From an uncultured Rikenellaceae bacterium (GTDB taxonomy: Bacteria; Bacteroidota; Bacteroidia; Bacteroidales; VadinHA17): DNA of 64,000 bases. Shown piece by piece: positions 55,840-64,000 of the stretch (positions are counted from its first letter, which is position 1; each line of letters opens with the position of its first letter). Below the pieces are notes generated by a model, which was not told the origin of the DNA, did not search any database, and worked only from the letters and a program-made list of their open reading frames with translations. The position numbers and the translations under genes were made by a program. Where the stretch lies: positions 22,633 to 86,632 of the forward strand of contig CAZTES010000001.1 in NCBI GenBank assembly GCA_964612275.1. Reading direction: 5' to 3'.

Positions 55840-58158
55840 ATGAAGAATATCATTTTTATCTTCTGTTTGCTTTATTGCCTTCCCGGTCTTTACGCGCAGG
55901 AAATGGTTACCGTCAGCGGACATGTCACGGATGCGGAAAGCGGAGAAGAATTAATTGGCGCAACATTCTTTCTTTCGAACAGGAGTCAGGGAACAGCGAC
56001 CAATACCTATGGTTTTTATTCTCTTACCCTCCCCCGTGGAATGTACCAGATTGAGGTGAGTTATGTCGGGTATGAGCCACAAACCATTTCGGTTGACCTG
56101 TCGGAAGACAAAACGGTCAATGTCGAATTGAAGCCCAAAGTCAGCCTGCTGGATGAGGTGGTAATCAGAGGGATTGGAGCAGATGAAAATGTACGGTCAA
56201 CCGAAATGAGCATAGCAAAGCTGAACGTAGCGGAGGTGAAAGAGATCCCTGTTATTTTTGGGGAACAGGATCTCCTGAAGACCATTCAGCTGCTACCGGG
56301 AGTCAGTGGGACTGGAGAAGGCGGAAGCGGTTATTTTGTGCGTGGTGGTGGATCGGGACAGAATCTCATTCTGCTGGATGAAGCACCGGTCTATAATGCA
56401 TTCCACCTGCTGGGTTTCTTCTCCGTTTTCAATTCCGATGCGATAAAAGATGTGAAACTCTATAAAGGAAGCATACCCGCTGAATACGGAGGGAGACTCT
56501 CTTCGGTGCTGGATGTAAAGATGAAGGATGGGAACCTGCGCCAACTGGGAGTTTCCGGTGGAATTGGATTGATCTCTTCCCGCCTCACTGTTGAAGGACC
56601 ATTTCATAAAGAAAAAGGATCTCTCATCCTGTCCGGGAGAAGAACCTATGCCGATCTATTCATGAGATTATCCTCCGATACGCTGGTGAAAAATAACATC
56701 CTCTATTTCTATGACCTGAACATCAAAGGCAATTACAAGGTGGGAGAAAAAGACCGGATCTATCTCTCCGGTTATTTCGGGAGGGATGTATTCAAATACA
56801 GTGACGCTTTTGGATTTGATTGGGGAAATGCTACAGCAACCATACGGTGGAACCATCTGTTTAGTAACAGGCTTTTCCTCAACAGCTCCCTGATCTATAG
56901 CAACTACAATTATGATTTTTTCGTGGATGAGGGAGGTATTGGATTTACTATCCGATCAGCAATTCGTGACTGGCACCTGAAAGAGGATTTTCAATATTTC
57001 CTGCGACCGGGGAATACACTGAAGTTCGGGCTTGAACTAAACCATCACAATTTTCTCCCGGGTGTTGTCGATGCATCAGAAGCATCGGGCGTGAATGAAT
57101 TGAACCTGACCGAGAAATATGCACTTGAAACAGCCGTTTACATCAGTCATGAAATCACCTTGTTTGACCGGCTGACCGTTAATTACGGCTTGAGATACTC
57201 CATGTTTCATCTCCTCGGACCAGGCAATGTTTATCATTATGATGAAGAGGGGGAGGTCTTTGACACCACGGCTTATAACAGCGGCGAACTGATACGCGGT
57301 TATTATGGTCTTGACCCACGAGTGACGGCCACATTCAGAATCGATGGATACAGTTCTCTGAAAGCCTCCTACGTCAGAACAAACCAGTATATCCATTTGC
57401 TTTCCAATACAACCTCCACAACACCCATGGATGCCTGGATTCCCAGCAGCACAAATGTAAAACCACAAGTTGGAGATCAGATTGCACTGGGCTACTTCAG
57501 GAACTTGAAAGAGAACCAGTACGAAGCATCTCTCGAGTTTTATTATAAATGGATTCAGCATCAAATTGATTACCGCAATGGGGCTGATATTTTTCTCAAT
57601 GAGCAAGTTGAATCACAGCTTGTATTTGGCCGTGGAAGATCCTTTGGAACTGAGTTTTTCCTGAAGAAGAATAGCGGGAAATTGCATGGCTGGATTAGTT
57701 ATACGCTTTCGAAAACAGACCGTATGTTTGATGATATTTATGATGGGAAAGCATTTCCCGCAAAGCAGGACCGGCGGCATGATCTCTCCATTGTAGCCAT
57801 CTATCGCCTAGGTAAGCGCTGGACCATTTCGGGAACCTGGGTATACTACACAGGAAATGCCGTTACATTTCCTGCAGGGAAATATGAAATCGAGGGGACT
57901 ACCGTTAACATGTACACCGAGCGAAACGGGCACCGGATGCCTGCATACCATCGAATGGATCTGGGTGTAAATCTGAAGGGGAAAGAGCGCAAGCGATATG
58001 AATCAAGTGTTGACCTGTCGATCTATAATGTTTATTCAAGAAGGAATGCCTATTCCATTCGTTTTGAGGAGGATGAGGATGATCCATCAAAAACCGTGGC
58101 AAAAAAACTTTCCCTTTTCCCCATCGTCCCCTCCATAACCTATAATTTCAGATTCTGA
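55840..58158 (+). CDS. TonB-dependent receptor with N-terminal carboxypeptidase-regulatory-like domain
   Basis: Signal peptide, CarboxypepD_reg-like VSGHVTDAESGEELIGATFFL, plug region (IPVIFGEQDLLKTIQLLPGV) and a barrel ending in terminal ...YNFRF. Confidence 0.85.
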   Translation: MKNIIFIFCLLYCLPGLYAQEMVTVSGHVTDAESGEELIGATFFLSNRSQGTATNTYGFYSLTLPRGMYQIEVSYVGYEPQTISVDLSEDKTVNVELKPKVSLLDEVVIRGIGADENVRSTEMSIAKLNVAEVKEIPVIFGEQDLLKTIQLLPGVSGTGEGGSGYFVRGGGSGQNLILLDEAPVYNAFHLLGFFSVFNSDAIKDVKLYKGSIPAEYGGRLSSVLDVKMKDGNLRQLGVSGGIGLISSRLTVEGPFHKEKGSLILSGRRTYADLFMRLSSDTLVKNNILYFYDLNIKGNYKVGEKDRIYLSGYFGRDVFKYSDAFGFDWGNATATIRWNHLFSNRLFLNSSLIYSNYNYDFFVDEGGIGFTIRSAIRDWHLKEDFQYFLRPGNTLKFGLELNHHNFLPGVVDASEASGVNELNLTEKYALETAVYISHEITLFDRLTVNYGLRYSMFHLLGPGNVYHYDEEGEVFDTTAYNSGELIRGYYGLDPRVTATFRIDGYSSLKASYVRTNQYIHLLSNTTSTTPMDAWIPSSTNVKPQVGDQIALGYFRNLKENQYEASLEFYYKWIQHQIDYRNGADIFLNEQVESQLVFGRGRSFGTEFFLKKNSGKLHGWISYTLSKTDRMFDDIYDGKAFPAKQDRRHDLSIVAIYRLGKRWTISGTWVYYTGNAVTFPAGKYEIEGTTVNMYTERNGHRMPAYHRMDLGVNLKGKERKRYESSVDLSIYNVYSRRNAYSIRFEEDEDDPSKTVAKKLSLFPIVPSITYNFRF

Positions 58159-58159
58159 T

Positions 58160-58966
58160 ATGAGACGCGTGTATACCATAGGATGTTTGCTGATTTTTGT
58201 GCTGATAGCATGTGAGGAGATCATTGAAATCGACCTGGAAGGGACAGATCCAAGGATCGTTATTGAAGGATGCATATCCGACAGGACCGGACCCTACCGG
58301 GTAACACTGACCAAAACTGCCGATTATTTCGATCCTTCGGAATACCCGGTGGTCTCGGGAGCAACGGTGGTGATATCCGGGGACCTCGGAACCCAGGACA
58401 CGCTGATTGAAGTGATGGATGGAGTGTATGAAACAACCACTATCATGGGGGACTACGGAAGAACCTATCAGTTGGAAGTAATCGCGGAAGGCAGGCAATA
58501 CACAGCATCTGCCAGGTTGCCGGAACGAATTGATATTGATTCAATCCAATTGGAGTACTATCCAGAAACCTATTACTATGAGGAAGCCTACTGGATCCAT
58601 TGCCATTTTACAGACCCCGGGGATACTACCAATTTTTACCGGGTCAGGGTGTTTAAGAACGATACCCTCGATAAAAACATCTATTGTATGGATGATAAAT
58701 TCATAGATGGCAATCCGGTAGATCTGTTTATATGGGGCGATGCCTATTTGCCGGGCGATACAGCCGTCCTTGAACTCTTTTCAATGGATGATAAGGTATA
58801 TGATTATTTCCTTACCTTGTCCAACCTGCTTTACAGCGGTGGAGACGGCTCCTACTCAACACCGGCAAATCCCAACACCAACCTTTCCAATGATGCCCTG
58901 GGCTATTTCGGTGCCTTTGCTATTGCAACCGATACAATTATAATACCTGATTTCCCGGATAATTAG
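58160..58966 (+). CDS. DUF4249-like lipoprotein (usual partner of this TonB-receptor subtype)
   Basis: Lipobox (FVLIACEE). It starts 2 nt after the receptor stop, and its size fits the DUF4249 family. The assignment comes from synteny and pattern memory. Confidence 0.55.
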   Translation: MRRVYTIGCLLIFVLIACEEIIEIDLEGTDPRIVIEGCISDRTGPYRVTLTKTADYFDPSEYPVVSGATVVISGDLGTQDTLIEVMDGVYETTTIMGDYGRTYQLEVIAEGRQYTASARLPERIDIDSIQLEYYPETYYYEEAYWIHCHFTDPGDTTNFYRVRVFKNDTLDKNIYCMDDKFIDGNPVDLFIWGDAYLPGDTAVLELFSMDDKVYDYFLTLSNLLYSGGDGSYSTPANPNTNLSNDALGYFGAFAIATDTIIIPDFPDN

Positions 58967-58979
58967 CACGAGGAACGTT

Positions 58980-59771
58980 ATGGTAACATTGCGTGCAGAA
59001 AGCAAGCTTGATAAAGCAACGAAGAGCGGGTGGTTTTATATTGGATTCCTTCTTCTTCAGGGATTAGCCCTTATTCCTTTTGCATCAAGAAACTTTGCCG
59101 TATCAAATTATTTCGAAATTGTCGAATATTCACTCGGATATGCTTTCATTAACCAGATTAATAAAGCCCTCTTTCCTGTTTTTAAAATTATCCCAATTGT
59201 ATTCATTGTCCTGATCTTCTTTTTGAAGAACAGGGTAAACAGGTTATTTAGCATTTACGTCGGTGTAAATTATATCCTTTTTGCAGTGGTTCAAAATGTA
59301 GCCATCACGGATAAATACGGTTTAAGTTTTATCACAGTAAACGTGGTAATGTTCGTGGCTGTTGGGATATTCTGGTTTCGTGAAGCATGGTTGCGTGAAA
59401 ATGATTTTAACAAACCGACACTTAGTTGTTGGAGTGGCATCATCCTGCTGCTTGCCTTTTTTGCATTTTGGACACCCGGAGATACGTCCACAGGGATGCC
59501 GGATTTCAATCCGGTATACATCCTTACCCAGGACACAGGTTTGGCTTTTTGCCTGATGACCCCGGTATATTTGGCTATATTGATACTCTTTTATCCCAGG
59601 GTGAATATTGTCACCCTTAGAATTACCGGGCTGGTTGGCTTAATGCTTGGGATCTATAATATGGTATTTATTTTCGGGATGGGTACCGGAACCTGGTATG
59701 CTGGAGTATTACATTTTCCGCTGGTTATTGTTTCAGGATATGCCTTTTTGCTTTCGTTGATTAGAAAGTGA
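58980..59771 (+). CDS. Hypothetical polytopic membrane protein (about 7-8 TM)
   Basis: Hydrophobic segments run throughout. I recognise no family. It is 13 nt downstream of the DUF4249-like gene. Confidence 0.5.
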   Translation: MVTLRAESKLDKATKSGWFYIGFLLLQGLALIPFASRNFAVSNYFEIVEYSLGYAFINQINKALFPVFKIIPIVFIVLIFFLKNRVNRLFSIYVGVNYILFAVVQNVAITDKYGLSFITVNVVMFVAVGIFWFREAWLRENDFNKPTLSCWSGIILLLAFFAFWTPGDTSTGMPDFNPVYILTQDTGLAFCLMTPVYLAILILFYPRVNIVTLRITGLVGLMLGIYNMVFIFGMGTGTWYAGVLHFPLVIVSGYAFLLSLIRK

Positions 59772-59888
59772 GCCTGATATGAAAACATCCTGTTGCACAA
59801 TACTTTCTATTTCTTTCTGATTAAAGAAAAAGATTGTAGGTTTAGATTTTTATTCAGTGCTTATTGTAAAACCTAATACCATAAAAGA

Positions 59889-62393
59889 ATGAGAAAAATT
59901 ACGTTTTGCCTATTCCTGCTTGCCTGTTTAAGCATGGGTACACTCCTTGGACAGCCTGCTGAAGTTTCCAAAGCCAACTATGCACAGGCAGCCCGGTTTT
60001 CACCGGAGAAGATTAAAAAATTGGTCTTTTCTACTTCTGTGGATGCCCACTGGTTAAAACTGTCCGAACGATTCTGGTATTCCTTTGAAACACCAAAAGG
60101 AAAAACTTTTTATGTCGTTGATCCAATCCGTAAGACCAGGAAGGAGATATTTGATAATGTGAAAATGGCAGCAGATCTTACCCGCTTTACCAAAGATCCG
60201 TATGATGCACTGCACCTGCCAATCGAAGAAATCAAGTTTGTGAAAAATGAGAATACCATTCAGTTTGAGGTAGAGAGCACACAGGAGGAGGAGAAAGAGG
60301 AAAAGGCGGATACAACAAAAACCGAACAGGAAAAAGGCAAAAACGCAAAAAAGGGAAAACCCGAAAAAAAGAAGTTTTATTTTCAATATGATCTTGCCAC
60401 CCGGGTTTTGACCCTGCTGGAAGATTATGAAAAACCGAAGGATAATCCACGATGGGCCTCCATATCGCCCGATGGAGAAACCATCCTTTTTACCAAATAC
60501 CATAATCTCTATTGGATGAACAAGGAAAACTACCAGAAAGCGCTGGAAGATGAAGAAGATTCAACCATTGTCGAACACCAGATTACCACCGACGGAGAAG
60601 AGCATTATAGTTATGGTTACAGCAGAGGAGAAACCAATGCTGAGAAAGAAAAGAACAAGGATAAACGCAAACCGGCTTCTGTTATCTGGTCTCCGGATTC
60701 AAAAAAAGTTGCGCTTACCCGCACCGACAGCAGGGATGTAAAAGATCTATGGGTGATCCATTCTGTTGCAGAACCCCGTCCCACACTGGAAACATACAAA
60801 TACCATATGCCCGGTGAAGAAGAAGCGCCTCAGATCGAATTGCTGGTCATTGATATGGTATCCAAAGAAACGCTGAAGGTAGAAGCAGAAGCATTCAAAG
60901 ACCAGACAATCTCTATCCTGGGTGCACCCAGACTGGCAAAAAACCGGGATGATGATTACCAGCCGCGCATTTGGCTTGCTGAAACTTCCGACAAGGTTTA
61001 TTTTACCAGGACAAGCAGAGATTTAAAAAAAATAGATGTCTGTGAAGCAAATAGTTCTACAGGAGAAGTTAAAGTTCTTGTTGAAGAGCGACTAAACACC
61101 TACGTTGAGACCAGACCCTTGGGGCTTATGAATAATGGAACGGAACTGATCCACTGGTCCGAACGGGATGGATGGGCCCATTTTTACCTCTATGATGGAA
61201 GCGGCAATGTGAAAAACCAGATTACCAGGGGTCCGTTTCATTGTGAAAGGATTATACGGATCGATGAAAAAAACAGAATCCTCTATTTTACGGCGAATGC
61301 CAGGGAGAGCAATGAGGATCCCTATTATCTTCACCTCTACCGGATTAATTTTGACGGTACCGGTCTCCGGTTGTTAAACAAAGGAAATTACAACCACAGC
61401 GTCAGCATGAACGATGCACAGACCTGTTTTGTGAACAACTACTCCCGGGTAAACACGATCCCAAAGTCGGATTTGCGGGATAACCAGGGCAACGTGCTGA
61501 TGGAGCTTGAAACAGCAGACCTTTCCCTGTTGTTTCAAGCCGGATACCGGTTCCCTGAACCCTATAAAGTAAAAGCGGATGACGGCATGACCGATCTTTA
61601 TGGCGTGATGTATAAACCGTTTGATTTCGATTCGACAAAGAAGCATCCCATCATTGCCTATGTCTATCCCGGACCGCAGACCGAATCTGTGAATAAATCT
61701 TTTTCATCAAGAATGGACCGTACCGACCGGCTGGCTCAATTTGGCTTCCTTGTAATAACCATTGGAAACCGTGGCGGACATCCAAACCGGTCGAAATGGT
61801 ACCATAATTACGGTTACGGGAACCTGCGTGACTATGGATTGGACGATAAGAAAGCAGCCATTGAACAACTGGCTGACAGATATCCGTTTATCAATATTGA
61901 TAAAGTGGGAATATTTGGTCATTCCGGGGGAGGGTTTATGTCAACAGCAGCCATGCTTGTCTATCCCGATTTTTTCAAGGTCGCTGTTTCCTCTTCAGGC
62001 AATCATGAAAACAATATCTATAACCGTTGGTGGAGTGAAAAACACCATGGAGTAAAGGAGATGGTGGATAAGGATGGCAACATTACCTTTGAATACGAGA
62101 TTGACAAAAACTCGGAGATTGCGGAAAACCTGAAAGGCCGACTGCTGATCTGTACCGGAGATATTGATAACAACGTCCATCCTGCAAATACCATTCGATT
62201 GGCTCAGGCACTGATTAAAGCCAACAAACGGTTTGATTTTTTTATTTTCCCGGGACAACGACATGGTTACGGGGATATGAATGAGTATTTTTTCTGGCTT
62301 CGGGGAGATTATTTCTGCAAGCACCTGATCGGCGATTATGCCGATCAGGTAGATATTATTGAGATCATCCGGGAGAAGGGAAAGGACGAATGA
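59889..62393 (+). CDS. S9-family serine peptidase, dipeptidyl-peptidase-IV-like (beta-propeller + alpha/beta hydrolase)
   Basis: Signal peptide. Nucleophile elbow GIFGHSGGGF, an Asp context (GDIDNNVHP) and a His context (PGQRHGYG). The N-terminal propeller carries a Lys/Glu-rich insertion. Confidence 0.9.
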   Translation: MRKITFCLFLLACLSMGTLLGQPAEVSKANYAQAARFSPEKIKKLVFSTSVDAHWLKLSERFWYSFETPKGKTFYVVDPIRKTRKEIFDNVKMAADLTRFTKDPYDALHLPIEEIKFVKNENTIQFEVESTQEEEKEEKADTTKTEQEKGKNAKKGKPEKKKFYFQYDLATRVLTLLEDYEKPKDNPRWASISPDGETILFTKYHNLYWMNKENYQKALEDEEDSTIVEHQITTDGEEHYSYGYSRGETNAEKEKNKDKRKPASVIWSPDSKKVALTRTDSRDVKDLWVIHSVAEPRPTLETYKYHMPGEEEAPQIELLVIDMVSKETLKVEAEAFKDQTISILGAPRLAKNRDDDYQPRIWLAETSDKVYFTRTSRDLKKIDVCEANSSTGEVKVLVEERLNTYVETRPLGLMNNGTELIHWSERDGWAHFYLYDGSGNVKNQITRGPFHCERIIRIDEKNRILYFTANARESNEDPYYLHLYRINFDGTGLRLLNKGNYNHSVSMNDAQTCFVNNYSRVNTIPKSDLRDNQGNVLMELETADLSLLFQAGYRFPEPYKVKADDGMTDLYGVMYKPFDFDSTKKHPIIAYVYPGPQTESVNKSFSSRMDRTDRLAQFGFLVITIGNRGGHPNRSKWYHNYGYGNLRDYGLDDKKAAIEQLADRYPFINIDKVGIFGHSGGGFMSTAAMLVYPDFFKVAVSSSGNHENNIYNRWWSEKHHGVKEMVDKDGNITFEYEIDKNSEIAENLKGRLLICTGDIDNNVHPANTIRLAQALIKANKRFDFFIFPGQRHGYGDMNEYFFWLRGDYFCKHLIGDYADQVDIIEIIREKGKDE

Positions 62394-62415
62394 AGAGCAA
62401 GTAAGAAGTAAGCGG

Positions 62416-62434
62416 AACCTGTTTTTGACAGGTT
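62416..62434. terminator. Hairpin between convergent S9 peptidase and flavin-reductase genes (possible bidirectional terminator)
   Basis: AACCTGT-TTTTG-ACAGGTT, a 7-bp perfect stem with a 5-nt loop. Only TT follows on the + strand, so the T-tract is weak. Confidence 0.45.
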
Positions 62435-62474
62435 TTCGGAGCAAAGAAAATAATTTATTTTCCCGGAATGAGGT

Positions 62475-63023
62475 TTATTTGCGGGTCCTGTTTTCAGCCC
62501 CGAATTCTACCGTGCCACGGATCAGTACAATTTCGCCAAAATAGATCCGGTGATAGTCTTTTAAGGGATATTTCTTCTCGATGGATTGATCCAGGAATTG
62601 TTTCGGTTTGAAGTCGTCCCAGTAGATCTTTTTACATTCCACAATCAATGAAGCTTCCCGAAATGTGGGCGCTTCAACCTTGGTGGAGGGAACAATCGTC
62701 AGTTCTGTTTCAGCCAGTTTATCCCCATCACGCCCCGATTTGGAGCCGAGGAGGTTCAGATCCTCTTTGTATTGGTTACCGAATGCCGAGAGCGTAAAGG
62801 TCTCATAACGGTTCATGAATTCGAACGTATAGCGGGTAGGTCTGACAACGACCACCGCAACCGGTTTATTCCACATGATGCCAAAATAGCCCCAGGCAAC
62901 GGTCATGGTATTGTAATGATTGGAGGCATAATCTCCGCTGGTTAACAGGAACCACTGCTCATCCCAGAGATGGTGGATGCGCGGCATGAAATCATAAACG
63001 GGTATTTCCTTCAGGTTTTTCAT
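62475..63023 (-). CDS. Flavin-reductase-like (FMN-binding split-barrel) protein
   Basis: YNTMTVAWGYFGIMWNKPVAVVVVRPTRYTFEFM is typical of the flavin reductase-like domain. 182 aa. Confidence 0.7.
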   Translation of the reverse strand: MKNLKEIPVYDFMPRIHHLWDEQWFLLTSGDYASNHYNTMTVAWGYFGIMWNKPVAVVVVRPTRYTFEFMNRYETFTLSAFGNQYKEDLNLLGSKSGRDGDKLAETELTIVPSTKVEAPTFREASLIVECKKIYWDDFKPKQFLDQSIEKKYPLKDYHRIYFGEIVLIRGTVEFGAENRTRK

Positions 63024-63099
63024 AAGCTGATAAAAGGATGGATTATCATCGTTCTGTTGATTTGCTGTTATCGAAAAAGAGACGTTGGGTCATATGCTG

Positions 63100-64000
63100 T
63101 CATTTAATCACCACCGGGAAATCATGTCCCCGTGAAAAGGTATAGGGATATTGAGCCTGTCCCTTATATATTTTTGAAAGGGCAGGCACCTGATCATCGA
63201 GAAACGATTTCAGTTCATAGATGGTAACCTTCCCATCTTTAGGTGCTCCATCGGCACTGCCTTTCAATGCTTCCAGGATCACGTGGGTAAAAAGACCGTG
63301 CCCAAGGCTTCCTACCTCTGTTGCGAACTGTTCGCTTCCGGCAGCGGCAAGCACGTGGACCCCGGAGCTACGGGACATCTGTGCCAGCGCTTTTTCCTCC
63401 AGGGCTCCCCGTTGAGCCAGAAGCTCGGTCGACCCACCCGACTGACAGGCATCAAGCACCACCAGTTGCTTCAACGCCTTGATGTTTTTGAATTTTTCCT
63501 GCATATCCCCGGCATAAATAGACCCCTTGATCAGTTTATCCAGCTGGTACAAGCTTACACTTTCGGTCGGGATAAAGAAGAATTTGTTCTCTACCATGCT
63601 TCCGTGTCCGGCATAATAGAAGAAGAAAACATCCTCGGGATTTATTTTCTCGGAAAGGTTATCCAGCGCGTTAAAGATATTTTCCCTGGTCGCTTCTTTA
63701 TCATAAAGCTCGATCAATTCGATTCGCTTGAACAGTTTTTGAGCACGTTCCTCAACAAGTTTGGCAAATGCCCGTGCATCTGCTTTTGCATAGTTCAGTT
63801 CAAGCTGGGGATTTTCATATTTATTAATCCCGATCGCGATGACGTAACAGATGGCAGTACTTTCCAGACCTTTGTACCGGAGGGTGATCTCTTCGGGCCG
63901 GGATTCAATCCTGCCCTCGCTGAATGCGGATAATGACAGGGTATTTTCTCCGGGGATAAGGCTAACCGTAAAGTTCTTCATGATCGACTGGCCTTCTCTC
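63100..64000 (-). CDS. Caspase-family (peptidase C14) protein, N-terminal part beyond the window edge
   Basis: YVIAIGINKY, catalytic His context FFFYYAGHG and catalytic Cys context LVVLDACQSGG. The frame stays open upstream of the track Met (63981) to the window end. The preceding residues (FTVSLIPGENTLSLSAF...) look like the end of an Ig-like domain. Confidence 0.75.
   Translation of the reverse strand, partial: REGQSIMKNFTVSLIPGENTLSLSAFSEGRIESRPEEITLRYKGLESTAICYVIAIGINKYENPQLELNYAKADARAFAKLVEERAQKLFKRIELIELYDKEATRENIFNALDNLSEKINPEDVFFFYYAGHGSMVENKFFFIPTESVSLYQLDKLIKGSIYAGDMQEKFKNIKALKQLVVLDACQSGGSTELLAQRGALEEKALAQMSRSSGVHVLAAAGSEQFATEVGSLGHGLFTHVILEALKGSADGAPKDGKVTIYELKSFLDDQVPALSKIYKGQAQYPYTFSRGHDFPVVIK

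Noticed and set aside
63283-63933. 216-aa + strand ORF opposite the caspase-like gene
   Set aside because: It is antisense to a CDS with an intact His/Cys dyad and has no recognisable motifs, so it is a shadow ORF.
1-64000. CRISPR arrays, tRNA/rRNA genes, IS elements, integrases, prophage or toxin-antitoxin pairs
   Set aside because: I saw no regularly spaced direct repeats, no cloverleaf-sized conserved RNA in the few gaps longer than 100 bp, and no transposase, integrase or phage-like ORFs. Coding density and gene content look like core chromosome apart from the left ~12 kb.

Overview
The window is a densely coded chromosomal segment with about 58 protein genes. I recognised no rRNA, tRNA, CRISPR array, integrase or transposase. 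Gene content and promoter-like TAnnTTTG boxes point to a Bacteroidota genome, probably an anaerobic lineage; this is inference from PPi-type PFK, HemW, a Crp/Fnr regulator, TonB-receptor/DUF4249, DUF4271/DUF4292 and MORN proteins. Most genes are housekeeping: ruvB, pheS, dut, ybeY, mnmG, uvrC, polA, rnpA/yidD, hemD, deoC, dtd, nadA, rpiB and queD. The stretch that does not look like routine housekeeping is the left ~12 kb. It starts with a Zn/Mn-type ABC uptake module (porin-like barrel, solute-binding protein, two permeases, no ATPase in the window) and an AraC-type regulator. A tightly packed six-gene operon follows at 5262-12243. It encodes a PqqD-like peptide-binding protein, an ATP-grasp ligase and a fold-type-III PLP decarboxylase. 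It also encodes a 740-aa fusion of a urea-transporter-like channel with an M23 metallopeptidase domain, a TPR-fused putative outer-membrane barrel and a secreted TPR protein. A ~300-nt leader precedes the operon and carries a chain of start/stop-overlapping micro-ORFs. I regard this operon as the best candidate for an undescribed system, possibly carrier-peptide-templated small-molecule synthesis with coupled release and export. All functional readings are inference. Lesser observations: a perfect 18-bp palindrome abutting the nadA start, a 14-bp palindrome between an ArsR-family gene and queD, an orphan RsbW-like kinase, an orphan MoaD-like protein, a peptide-harvesting neighbourhood (M14, TonB receptor/DUF4249, S9) and a caspase-like protease cut by the right edge.
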